The notes under the pieces are model-generated. The model did no database searches, was not told where the DNA came from, and was given only the letters and a program-made list of their open reading frames with translations. The position numbers and the translations under genes were made by a program. Positions 21,099-30,416 of a stretch of 64,000 nucleotides of DNA are shown here, piece by piece; position 1 is the stretch's first letter; each line of letters opens with the position of its first letter. Location of the stretch: IMG/VR virus record IMGVR_UViG_3300035698_021020, positions 1 through 64,000 of that record. One strand, given 5' to 3'. This stretch comes from a virus.

Positions 21099-22034
21099 AT
21101 GGAATTAAAATGCGATAAATGCAACATAATGTATAATAATAGCCCATATCTAAATACTAATAGAATTAATAATGATCCTATTAGATTTCTACATACATGT
21201 AAGGAATGTAGAAAAATTAAGAAATGTGGAAACTGCAATAATGAATTTAAACATTATCAGAATCAAACATGTTCTAAGAAATGTGCAGCTATTCTAAAGG
21301 AGAAAACATATATGTTAACACAGGGAGCTCCACATAATTTTTCTAAGAATTCGAAATCTAAAATTAGAATACAATTAGAATTACTAGAAAATGAAGGAAT
21401 ATCTAATGTTTTTCAAAGGGATACAGTAAAGGCTGCAATTAAAGCCACTATGATGACAAGATATGGTGTAGACAATATATCGAAATCTGAAGATATTAAA
21501 ATTAAAAAGAAAGAAACTCTTCGTCAAACGTTAATTGATAATCCTGATCTATTTAAGAACAAATGGTGGGAGAATCATAATAGATTTATAAATGACATAG
21601 GATATGATCCAAGATTGAGTATATTTGGAAAAGCGTCGATTGAATCAATGCTAGTATTTAATCCAATATCTAAATTATGCACATCACTTGGAATACTAGA
21701 ATCTGATATATATGTAGGACATGATACTAAATCTGAATATTTTATTAATATTGGTACTAAAACATATTTCTATGATTTCTGTATTAGATCTAAGAATATA
21801 ATAATCGAATATCATGGTGTCGGATTTCATGCAAATCCTACGTGGGAATTGACTAAACTAAATAAATGGAGATCTGCATTTACAAATGAGACCTCAAGTG
21901 AGAATATTAGAAAGACTAAAATAAAAAATAATGCAGCTATTAATAAAGGATTCAAGATTCTTGAAATATGGAGTGATTCCAATATAGATGACAATATTAA
22001 TCTGTGTAAAGCATTTATAAACGCTAACATATGA
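21099..22034 (+). mobile_element. Free-standing homing endonuclease (Cys-rich N-terminus, Vsr/EDxHD-like C-terminus) within fractured gp52
   Basis: CxxC motifs, YGVDNISK repeat-like segment, YDF...IIEYHG..FH...GFKILEIW. Confidence 0.8.
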
Positions 22035-23275
22035 AAATAAAATCTATTAAAATAAACAATCTAGAATCTCCTAAGAAATTCTATGATATAACCGTAGATA
22101 AGCATCACAATTTTGTAATTGGACGCAAATCTAAAATAGTGACACATAATTCATCATTGAATGGAGCTATTATAACCATGGCTCAGTCATTTAAGAACTC
22201 TATGCCTGTCCTTCAATCAATTGGACAATATGGATCATTACGATCTCCAGAAGCAGGAGCCCCAAGATATGTATCTACTAAACTTCATGAGAACTTCAGA
22301 CAGATCTACATGGATTTTGAATTGCTTACTCCAACTTATGATGAAGGCGATGAGATAGAACCAGAATATTTTCTTCCTATTATTCCAACTGTGTTACTGA
22401 ATGGGAGTTCAGGAATAGCGGTAGGGTTCGCAACTAATATCTTAAATAGAAATCCAATAGTTTTAATTGACTGTTGCCTAAAGGAATTGACTGGAAAGAG
22501 ATTTAATGAGCCTGTTCCATGGTACAATGGATACAATGGAGTTGTGCATAAAGATACAGCATCTGGCTCATGGATATTTAGCGGAAGATGGAATGCTAAA
22601 AATACAACTACTGTTGATATATCTGAACTTCCACCATCTATGACATATGAGAAGTATGACACATATCTTTCAAACAAAGAAGATCTTAGAGCTATTACGA
22701 GTTATGCGAACAGAGGTAAAGGTTCTATTGATTATGAAGTGAAGTTCTCTAGAAGCGAATTAGCTAGATTAACGACAAGTGATAGACTAACTCGTTTATT
22801 GAAGATGGAAGAAAAACAATCTGAGAATCTAACTGTCTTAGATGAGAATAAGAAACTGAAAATCTTCAAAAGCGCATCAGAGATAATCAAATACTTTGTT
22901 GCCTTTAGATTGAAATATTATGATAAGCGAAAAATTCATTTAATTGAGAAACTCAATAGAGAATTATTGATGCTTACAAATAGAGCTAGATTCATTAAAG
23001 ACATTATCGATAGGAAACTGAAAATCAATAATGTTCCTAAGCGAACTATAGTTCTTTATTTGGAAACCGCAGATTATGATGAAGTAGATAGATCATATAA
23101 CTATTTGCTTTATATGCCAATTCACTCACTAACTAAGGAAAGATATGAAGAGATCTTATCTGAAGTAGGAGATAAGAAGGTAGAATTAGTAGCAACAAAA
23201 AAGCTGAAACCTGCTACGATGTATGAAACAGATCTTAAAGATCTCAGATCAGCACTAATTAAGAAATACAAATGA
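22031..23275 (+). CDS. Split-intein C-half fused to topoisomerase II small subunit C-extein
   Basis: MKIKSI...FYDITVDKHHNFV...VTHN|S, then MAQ, GQYGS, catalytic APRY, LLNGSSGIAVGF. Confidence 0.9.
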   Translation: MKIKSIKINNLESPKKFYDITVDKHHNFVIGRKSKIVTHNSSLNGAIITMAQSFKNSMPVLQSIGQYGSLRSPEAGAPRYVSTKLHENFRQIYMDFELLTPTYDEGDEIEPEYFLPIIPTVLLNGSSGIAVGFATNILNRNPIVLIDCCLKELTGKRFNEPVPWYNGYNGVVHKDTASGSWIFSGRWNAKNTTTVDISELPPSMTYEKYDTYLSNKEDLRAITSYANRGKGSIDYEVKFSRSELARLTTSDRLTRLLKMEEKQSENLTVLDENKKLKIFKSASEIIKYFVAFRLKYYDKRKIHLIEKLNRELLMLTNRARFIKDIIDRKLKINNVPKRTIVLYLETADYDEVDRSYNYLLYMPIHSLTKERYEEILSEVGDKKVELVATKKLKPATMYETDLKDLRSALIKKYK

Positions 23276-24342
23276 GCGAAAATCAAACAGCATTAACTTA
23301 CGATGACGTGCAATTAATTCCTGCACGTTCATCAGTCGAATCAAGAGAAACTATTGATCTTACTACTCAATTAAGTAGGAATTATCAAATAATGACACCA
23401 TTTATTGCTTCATGTATGGACACAATATGTGAGAAAGAAATGGCGTTCAAAATGTTCCAATATGGTGGAGTAGGCTGCATCCATAGATTTATGTCAATTG
23501 AACAGCAGTGCGTACAAGTTAGATGGCTCTCAGTAGAAATATCTAATTACTTATCGACTGCTGACGACGATTGTATATGGGAATGTGCCCCTAGTGAGAT
23601 CCCAATAATGGCAGCAATCGGTATTGGTCATGATTATGTCGAACATGCAGAACGACTTGTCGATGATGGAGTAAATGTCATATTAATAGATGTTGCCCAT
23701 GGACATCATACTAGAGTTATGTTGGCTATTAAAAAACTAAAAGAAGTGTTACCTAAGCATGTCGATGTTATTGCTGGCAATATCGCAACTACTGAAGGAG
23801 CAGTCGCTCTCATAGAATCTGGAGTAGATGGACTCAGAGTTGGAATAGGCGGCGGTAGTCTATGTACAACTCGAATAAAAACAGGATTTGGTGTTCCAAA
23901 CCTAACCGCTATTCAGAATATCGCTAGACTAGGAAGTACTGTAGATATTCCAATCATGGCAGATGGCGGAATACGAAACAGTGGTGATATTGCAAAGGCT
24001 CTTGCCTTTGGCGCAGATTGCGTAATGCTAGGTTCTATTCTTTCTGGAACAGAAGAAACACCAGGAAAGATAATAGAACAAGACGGTGCTCTATTTAAAA
24101 GATACGCAGGAGCCGCTTCATTAGAAACCAAATCAAAACATGGTCAGAAAGAACGAAATATCGAAGGAGTATCTACAATGGTTCCATTCAAAGGAGGAGT
24201 AAAATTCACACTAGAAGGATTAATTGACGGATTAAAATCAGCTCTTTCATATGGAGGTGCTGAGAATATTTATAAATTTGCACCAGAATATTGTATAGTA
24301 ACTACTTCTGGTAGAATAGAAGCATCACCTCATAAAATATAA
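23272..24342 (+). CDS. IMP dehydrogenase / GMP reductase family protein (no CBS domains)
   Basis: [37 protein letters not shown]. Confidence 0.88.
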   Translation: MSENQTALTYDDVQLIPARSSVESRETIDLTTQLSRNYQIMTPFIASCMDTICEKEMAFKMFQYGGVGCIHRFMSIEQQCVQVRWLSVEISNYLSTADDDCIWECAPSEIPIMAAIGIGHDYVEHAERLVDDGVNVILIDVAHGHHTRVMLAIKKLKEVLPKHVDVIAGNIATTEGAVALIESGVDGLRVGIGGGSLCTTRIKTGFGVPNLTAIQNIARLGSTVDIPIMADGGIRNSGDIAKALAFGADCVMLGSILSGTEETPGKIIEQDGALFKRYAGAASLETKSKHGQKERNIEGVSTMVPFKGGVKFTLEGLIDGLKSALSYGGAENIYKFAPEYCIVTTSGRIEASPHKI

Positions 24343-24343
24343 T

Positions 24344-24661
24344 ATGAGCAAAACAATAACAGTACGTGCAGATTTTCGAGATACTATTATTAATCTGAGT
24401 GAGATTACACGCATTGAAGCATTAGCTGATTATGTTATTATTCGAACTAAGACTGATAAGATCGTGACAGTGTCTACAATGAAAGGCATTCTTTCTCGTC
24501 TTCCTGAAAAATTCATAAGAACTCATCGTTCGCATATTGTGAATTCTGCTAAAATAAAGTCTGCTAATTATAAAGCAGTTATACTTCCAGGAAAAGTTGT
24601 TGTCCCAGTTGGACGAGCTTTCTGGAAAGAACTTCGAGATAAGCTTAGAACTGCTGCATAA
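24344..24661 (+). CDS. Stand-alone LytTR DNA-binding domain protein
   Basis: IEALADYV...LP.KFIRTHRSHIVN...PVGR. Confidence 0.85.
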   Translation: MSKTITVRADFRDTIINLSEITRIEALADYVIIRTKTDKIVTVSTMKGILSRLPEKFIRTHRSHIVNSAKIKSANYKAVILPGKVVVPVGRAFWKELRDKLRTAA

Positions 24662-24821
24662 TTTAGAGATCTTAGAGGCAAGTTACTGGGAGCATTTTAA
24701 ATACGCTAAGGATCTTGCGATGTATCTTCCATTAAAGCATCCTAAGCGAATTGCGATAGAAGCTGAGTTAAATAAAATGATAGAGGAGATCAACAAACTG
24801 AAAAAATCAAACTCGAAATAG
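24597..24821 (+). CDS. Hypothetical protein (start uncertain)
   Basis: Fills the gap in a co-oriented operon. Confidence 0.45.
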   Translation: MLSQLDELSGKNFEISLELLHNLEILEASYWEHFKYAKDLAMYLPLKHPKRIAIEAELNKMIEEINKLKKSNSK

Positions 24822-24836
24822 TATAATAATTACACA

Positions 24837-25127
24837 ATGGCCGAATACTCAAAACAATATTTAGATGTACATGATCCAGGCGGAATGGATCCTGATTTTG
24901 ATATCGAAGAAATCGCGTCTAGCCTGAGTAGTAAACAATATGCCTCGCAAATATGTGAAGGCTTTGGATTTATTGCAATTGGAAAAAATAAAACTGGTGA
25001 AATACAATTAGCCATGCCTACTGCTGAATCATTAAGTGGAGGTAAACCAGGAGCTACAGTAAATGTAGAATGGAAGTCACTCAAAGAAGTAATAACCAAT
25101 TCCAAAAAAAATGAAGAGGAAGTTTAG
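24837..25127 (+). CDS. Hypothetical protein
   Basis: 96 aa ORF, ICEG.GF motif. Confidence 0.6.
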   Translation: MAEYSKQYLDVHDPGGMDPDFDIEEIASSLSSKQYASQICEGFGFIAIGKNKTGEIQLAMPTAESLSGGKPGATVNVEWKSLKEVITNSKKNEEEV

Positions 25128-25419
25128 TCTTATTTTAATTTTATGTGTACTGTCAATTGGCGGAGTTATTGCACAAGATACAATTTTTATGTTCACTCCA
25201 CATAATGACCCTATTGTTCATCATACTGAATCGAGAGATTCGTTATTTATTTACAATAATACAATGGGTAGACTTATCCAAGAGATTTGGGTAGATGACC
25301 CTATTGATCATGATGGATACTCACCAGTTATTGTAATGGTCCCAACGGTTATTGTAATATTCCGAAAGAAATTAGAACACGCCAAAAATGAGCAAGCAAA
25401 TAACAGTAACTTTTACTGA
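25111..25419 (+). CDS. Hypothetical protein with signal-peptide-like N-terminus
   Basis: MKRK + hydrophobic stretch + VIA|Q. Confidence 0.55.
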   Translation: MKRKFSLILILCVLSIGGVIAQDTIFMFTPHNDPIVHHTESRDSLFIYNNTMGRLIQEIWVDDPIDHDGYSPVIVMVPTVIVIFRKKLEHAKNEQANNSNFY

Positions 25420-25552
25420 AACCGAACGAATTGCTATTAACACTCTTTCTCATATGTACGTTGATAAGATGGATGAGAAAGCGGACATGAGTAATCCAGT
25501 TCTTGTTCAAGTCAAAGCAACACTACAATCAATTCAGAAAAAACTAGTATGA
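25388..25552 (+). CDS. Small hypothetical protein (54 aa, not in ORF track)
   Basis: Manual translation MSKQITVTFTETERIAINTL...KKLV*; ATGA overlap with the next gene. Confidence 0.55.
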   Translation: MSKQITVTFTETERIAINTLSHMYVDKMDEKADMSNPVLVQVKATLQSIQKKLV

Positions 25553-25965
25553 TCTCAATAGAGAATACTACCATAGACGATCAGCCACATCAAATGGTTG
25601 CTGAGGGTTCAGAAGATTCTAAAATAGATGAGTCTGAAGTGTATATGTTTATGGATGCTCAAGGCTGGCATGTTCAATCAATCGAAATAAATTTCGATAC
25701 TCTTCAGTCAGTATGGCGATGGACTTGTAAATTACACACTAAAAATAGTCTTACTCTTCTTCAATTAAAGGAAAAGATTGATTATTTACTTAAACATAAT
25801 CCTAGGCATGCTAATTGGCAAGTTAAGATACTTGATAATTCACCTAGCATGGGAGCCAGATCATCTACTGCTATTGATAATCTAGATCCTGGATTTGATT
25901 GGGAATCAGGTATTATTCATTTAAAAACAAGAGTGCCTCTTTATAAACACAAAAAAGCAAAATGA
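25549..25965 (+). CDS. Hypothetical protein
   Basis: 138 aa ORF. Confidence 0.6.
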   Translation: MISIENTTIDDQPHQMVAEGSEDSKIDESEVYMFMDAQGWHVQSIEINFDTLQSVWRWTCKLHTKNSLTLLQLKEKIDYLLKHNPRHANWQVKILDNSPSMGARSSTAIDNLDPGFDWESGIIHLKTRVPLYKHKKAK

Positions 25966-26264
25966 TAACATTCTTTCTTATTCTTGGGATATTTTCTATT
26001 ATTAATCTAGTAGAACTTGGATATATGTGGTTCCAATGGGACAAAATCTCAGTCACTTTGGACATAACTAAAGGAGTTGTCAATATTGCAGGACAAAAGG
26101 AGAAACTGGACGCAATTGCTTCTATTGTATTAAGCGTCCTATCTAAATTCAAAGGACTAGTTATGATCCCTATAATCCTACTTCTTTTTATAAACCTTAT
26201 TGCTTCTATTGTCTTAGGTTTTATATTGTCAGGATTACATAGTATAGTACTATTATTCGTCTAA
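25962..26264 (+). CDS. Membrane protein
   Basis: Long hydrophobic helices. Confidence 0.6.
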   Translation: MITFFLILGIFSIINLVELGYMWFQWDKISVTLDITKGVVNIAGQKEKLDAIASIVLSVLSKFKGLVMIPIILLLFINLIASIVLGFILSGLHSIVLLFV

Positions 26265-26278
26265 AAACAAATCGGAAA

Positions 26279-26569
26279 ATGAAGTACAACCCAATTGACA
26301 TTCAAAAAGAATTGATTCGAAGTAAGATAATCGCTTACTTCATTCAGTATATTTCAGGTAACCTTTATTACAAGGTAACTTTAGAATCAGGAACATATCA
26401 GTTTCCTATAGAGACTACTGAACTTGTTGAAAAATCTGATGATCTATCTGAGATGATTCTATCTACAGATCTAGGTACCAGTAACTTTAATGCTGAAATG
26501 AAAGGATCTTATCTGAATCGCTGGATCCAGAAAGCAATTAAAAATAAAGAGTTCATTAAAATAGATTAA
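26279..26569 (+). CDS. Hypothetical protein
   Basis: 96 aa ORF. Confidence 0.6.
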   Translation: MKYNPIDIQKELIRSKIIAYFIQYISGNLYYKVTLESGTYQFPIETTELVEKSDDLSEMILSTDLGTSNFNAEMKGSYLNRWIQKAIKNKEFIKID

Positions 26570-26607
26570 GTCATTCTACGCAACCTACCCCAAAAGTGTG
26601 ACACAAG

Positions 26608-26639
26608 AAAAAGGCCTCTAAAAATTTAGAGGCCTTTTT
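26608..26639. terminator. Bidirectional intrinsic terminator between convergent operons
   Basis: AAAAAGGCCTCTAAA..TTTAGAGGCCTTTTT perfect inverted repeat with A/T tails, downstream of the capsid gene. Confidence 0.85.
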
Positions 26640-26658
26640 AAGTAAGCGTATTTAACTC

Positions 26659-28290
26659 TTAGCTACCTAAAGCTGAAGGAGCAACACCACCAGTAAGAAC
26701 TGCTAGGTCTCCAGCTATATCCATAGAGATATATTGAGTTTCTGGATGCCATCCAGCCTCAGTTACAGCATAACGAGACTTCATACCAACTTTAGGAGAG
26801 AAAGATCCCTCTGAGATTGTTTGAAGTGACTCAGCCATGATATAAGGCATGAATTTAACACCTGGCTCTTCGTCTGCACCTTTACGTCCAAGTACGATAC
26901 GTGTATCTCCCCATCTAAGGTTAGGATCTACGTATACTTGTACTCCGTAAACTTTTCCTGCAGGATAAAGGTTTCCAGCAACTCCACTCATATCCGAAGG
27001 AACTTGAGCAATTGAGTAACCAGCAACATCAGCCATAGCAGAAGCAACTCGTCCATTTGTTACCAAGAAGGTACCAGCACCGAATCTCCCTCTGTGATAG
27101 ATCAAGTTCGCAAGCTCTAATGTCTTGGTAACTAATCTACGTTGTAGAGTCGAAACGTTTTCAAATCCACCAGTTCCAGCATTAAGATCAAGAGTAGTAA
27201 TACCTGAACCTTCAACTAACGCTACTTCCGCAGAGTGAGTGTCAGCTAGATCGAATACTCTATCTACTAATACTTTATTGATTGACTGTGCCAAGTCATT
27301 AACTGCAACGTTCTCAAGCATTGAGATAACGTCGTAATTCCATACTCGGTTAAGATCCTGAATCTGTTCAACAGTTGCAGAAATTGCTACTTGGTCAGAA
27401 ATAGCTTCTACGAACTTTGTGAACATTCTCATACCCATTTGACGGAACTTAGAAAGTTCTGCCTTTTCTCTGGTCATTCCCGTAGGAGTGTTACCAGTCG
27501 CAGGTAGATAAGGACCTTCGAACTGTGTAGTAGCGTAATCTTCATCACTCACTGCAGTGAAACCAGAAATATGGTTTTCAAGAGCAGAAGGTAGAGATAC
27601 AGCACCTGTTCCAACTACTGCAGCATCACCAGAAATGGTAACGTTGTTTCCTTCGAACGATAGTGCAACTGTTTCATTAGCTACGGTATCAGCAAGAATT
27701 TTTATGATTACATGACCATCAACTCGAGAGAATCCTACGAATTGAGCAGTGTGACCTGTTTGTCCAGTAACAGCATCACCAGATACTGCATTTGGGTAAT
27801 CATTTGCGGTTAATCCACTAAGCTTGATCAGATAAGGATCTGCATCCTGATCTTCACGACCACCAGCGTAGACATAATCCAAATAAGGTAAGAACCCTAC
27901 TGGAGAATCCATTGGAATTACAGGGACTAGATCGAAACCGATAGTCTTAGCTGCAACTTGGATAGCTACGGGTAGAAGTGAAGGAAATTTATCACCTGAA
28001 CCTGAGTCAGCGTATGAATTTTTTGCACCACCACTAAAAGGTGTTTGTGATGCAGTTGGAGCAGCTGGTGCTCCCATGAAACCTCCGATTGACTGAGGAG
28101 TTTGGAAAAACGATCCTGGAGCAGCTTGCTCAAAGAGTGGTGTAGCGTTATCAAAGATCGCATGGTTGTGAGCATATTCTGCTAACCATGGAGTCTTCTC
28201 AACACTTGCACCCATTCCTTCTAGGATTGGCTTCCAGTTCTCATTCAACTGGTTGTCGTTTGTACGTTTAAAAACTTTAGTACGTGCCAT
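26659..28290 (-). CDS. Major capsid protein (gp23-like)
   Basis: W.PILE, DLVPVIPM, EQIQDL, GKVYGVQVYVD, PY, PKVGMKSRY patterns; strongly biased codons. Confidence 0.9.
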   Translation of the reverse strand: MARTKVFKRTNDNQLNENWKPILEGMGASVEKTPWLAEYAHNHAIFDNATPLFEQAAPGSFFQTPQSIGGFMGAPAAPTASQTPFSGGAKNSYADSGSGDKFPSLLPVAIQVAAKTIGFDLVPVIPMDSPVGFLPYLDYVYAGGREDQDADPYLIKLSGLTANDYPNAVSGDAVTGQTGHTAQFVGFSRVDGHVIIKILADTVANETVALSFEGNNVTISGDAAVVGTGAVSLPSALENHISGFTAVSDEDYATTQFEGPYLPATGNTPTGMTREKAELSKFRQMGMRMFTKFVEAISDQVAISATVEQIQDLNRVWNYDVISMLENVAVNDLAQSINKVLVDRVFDLADTHSAEVALVEGSGITTLDLNAGTGGFENVSTLQRRLVTKTLELANLIYHRGRFGAGTFLVTNGRVASAMADVAGYSIAQVPSDMSGVAGNLYPAGKVYGVQVYVDPNLRWGDTRIVLGRKGADEEPGVKFMPYIMAESLQTISEGSFSPKVGMKSRYAVTEAGWHPETQYISMDIAGDLAVLTGGVAPSALGS

Positions 28291-28327
28291 TTTTTATATT
28301 GACTTTTTTTATTGTTACTTTTTACTA

Positions 28328-30358
28328 TTACTTGCGATATTCTGCCATTCTAAGCATTTTATCCATGTAACTTTGAGTGTAACCTCTCTGGGACTCAACA
28401 ACCTGTTGAACAGGTATTAGGCCTTCTGTACTTTGGCTGTTTTCGTTGAGTTGTTTCAATTTTTTATTACTCTTTTCTACTTCAATTCTCTCATTAATAC
28501 CTCGTGTATCCATTTCTGACCAGAAGGTAGTAACTTGATATGGAGTATTTAATGTATAGAGATGTGCTCTATTATAAATCTGAGCTTTTTCGCTTTCATT
28601 CATTTTGCTCCATAGATCTTTCTTACTATCAGGCATGAATTTAATAACATTTGGAATTTCAGAGTTTTTATGATTAACTACTGCTTCCATTATAGATACT
28701 ACATCTTTCTCAGTAAACCATACTGATCCGTGTAGAGCTTCTACGATTGATACGCGAGTTTCGCTATCGATTTTGAAGAAAATATCTTTATTCGGTTGTG
28801 ATAATACTTTTAAGAATGGATGTCTTCCTTCTAAAACTGCATTTGCAGAATCACTCTTAACATCAAGTATAAGATTATCAACTTGTTCAACTAGAGCATC
28901 TACTCCAGTAAGTTGGATAGTTTCTCCTGTAGATTCATTCACTTTAGAAACTCCTTTAAGGATATTCCTTTTAGCTTTAGGTCCATCTGAACCATTTATC
29001 TCTTCAGTGATGTATTCAGCATAACCGATTGTCTGAGTTACTTTTTCACTAAGATAATCTCCAAATTCTCTGTTGTTTTGAATATCTTTAGCAAGAGATT
29101 CAGCATATTCGATTCCAAGATTTGTACCTTCTCCAATATATTCAGCATATTGAAGCCCTTTATCAAGTTCCTTTGCTAAGTAATCTTGATATTTAAGTGA
29201 ATTCTTAAGATTCTCTTTTAAGTATTCTGAGTATTTAACTGAACCAGCTACTTTCTCTAGAATAGAATCTTGTTGTTTACTTAAGTTAGCCGTTTTCTCT
29301 CCAATGTAATTTGCATACTTGATAGAGTTGTTAGTAACTTCAGAAACATGTTGAGTATATGAAATAGATTCATTTAATTTCGTTGACATATAATCAGTGA
29401 AATTAATAACTCCTTCTAAAGTAGAAGTCAAATAATCTACATATTCATATAGTTTCTCAGTACTTTCATTTGCGATAGTGTCTACGTCTGTAGAGTTACG
29501 CGATTCATTAATAAGAGTTCTTTGAGCAGCTAATTCTTGTTTAACTTCTGCAAATTTCTCTTTTAGGACTCCTGAATACTTGTCCATATGTTCCGCTGTT
29601 ACAAACTCGGCCATTGCGTTATTGTTTTTTTCTTCGTTTTTACTTAACACTGGGATTGCTCCTAGATCATTATTAAGTTTATTTATCTTATAGACTTTAA
29701 AATTATCAGCAAAGTTCAAGCTTTCTGATATGTCTTGTAAATGATTCGATTTAACTATTGAAGTCTCCTTTAAATGATCGTAACTTTCAGTTATCATTTT
29801 GAATTCGCTTTGTAGCGATTCATTAGTTGTTTTCTTTAGAATTGCCTCAGTAAAACCAGGTTCTCCAACTAGGTCATAAGTAAAGATACGTTGTAGTGAT
29901 ACACGTCCACCTTCATTAACTGTTCCAGCTGATCTCGATGAGATCGAGAGATTAACTCCTCCATCTAATAAAGCCTTAGCGATTTTTCCGTTTGGTGTAT
30001 TTTCTAGTAGTCGTAGTCTAATATTTACTTTATCACCACCATCATATTCTAAACCTTCAATAATATGTGAAGCATCCGCTAGTTTAACATCGAAATGTTG
30101 AGGATGATCTAAATCACCAGTAAGCTGACGTTTAGATATTTTTTCTTTAAGATAAGTAAGGTGTGGAAGATACTCTTCCTTCTCGTAAACTCTGCGATTG
30201 TTATTCGCTTTTCCAAAAACCGCACATACTCCTTCGAGTATAATTGATTTAGGATCTTTAGAGACAACTGCTAAATCTTCACCGATATTCTCTATAATAA
30301 GAACAGCGTCATCTGAGATTTCAGACATCCACATAGGTAATTCATTAGAATTCTTCAA
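28328..30358 (-). CDS. Prohead protease (gp21-like) fused to scaffold/core domain
   Basis: N.NRRVY, GDLDHP, TPNGKIAK, ISSRSAG, YDLVGEPGF, followed by a long coiled-coil repeat region. Confidence 0.85.
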   Translation of the reverse strand: MKNSNELPMWMSEISDDAVLIIENIGEDLAVVSKDPKSIILEGVCAVFGKANNNRRVYEKEEYLPHLTYLKEKISKRQLTGDLDHPQHFDVKLADASHIIEGLEYDGGDKVNIRLRLLENTPNGKIAKALLDGGVNLSISSRSAGTVNEGGRVSLQRIFTYDLVGEPGFTEAILKKTTNESLQSEFKMITESYDHLKETSIVKSNHLQDISESLNFADNFKVYKINKLNNDLGAIPVLSKNEEKNNNAMAEFVTAEHMDKYSGVLKEKFAEVKQELAAQRTLINESRNSTDVDTIANESTEKLYEYVDYLTSTLEGVINFTDYMSTKLNESISYTQHVSEVTNNSIKYANYIGEKTANLSKQQDSILEKVAGSVKYSEYLKENLKNSLKYQDYLAKELDKGLQYAEYIGEGTNLGIEYAESLAKDIQNNREFGDYLSEKVTQTIGYAEYITEEINGSDGPKAKRNILKGVSKVNESTGETIQLTGVDALVEQVDNLILDVKSDSANAVLEGRHPFLKVLSQPNKDIFFKIDSETRVSIVEALHGSVWFTEKDVVSIMEAVVNHKNSEIPNVIKFMPDSKKDLWSKMNESEKAQIYNRAHLYTLNTPYQVTTFWSEMDTRGINERIEVEKSNKKLKQLNENSQSTEGLIPVQQVVESQRGYTQSYMDKMLRMAEYRK
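29000..29446 (-). repeat. About eleven 14-residue protein repeats (YxxYL/I...) in the scaffold domain
   Basis: YVDYLTSTLEGVIN/FTDYMSTKLNESIS/.../YQDYLAKELDKGLQ/YAEYIGEGTNLGIE. Confidence 0.7.
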
Positions 30359-30369
30359 AGCCTGTTGAA

Positions 30370-30385
30370 TTTTTTATTATTTATT
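30370..30385 (-). promoter_or_regulatory. Putative late promoter for the head operon
   Basis: AATAAATAATAAAAAA upstream of the protease gene. Confidence 0.6.
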
Positions 30386-30416
30386 CAGGCTCCGAAGAAA
30401 AATTGACAGGAAGGTA

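Noticed and set aside
21044-22030. Group I intron explanation for the gp52 and uvsW interruptions
   Set aside because: Non-coding gaps are only about 40-50 nt, too short for a ribozyme, and the flanking ORFs carry clear intein blocks A, B, F and G.
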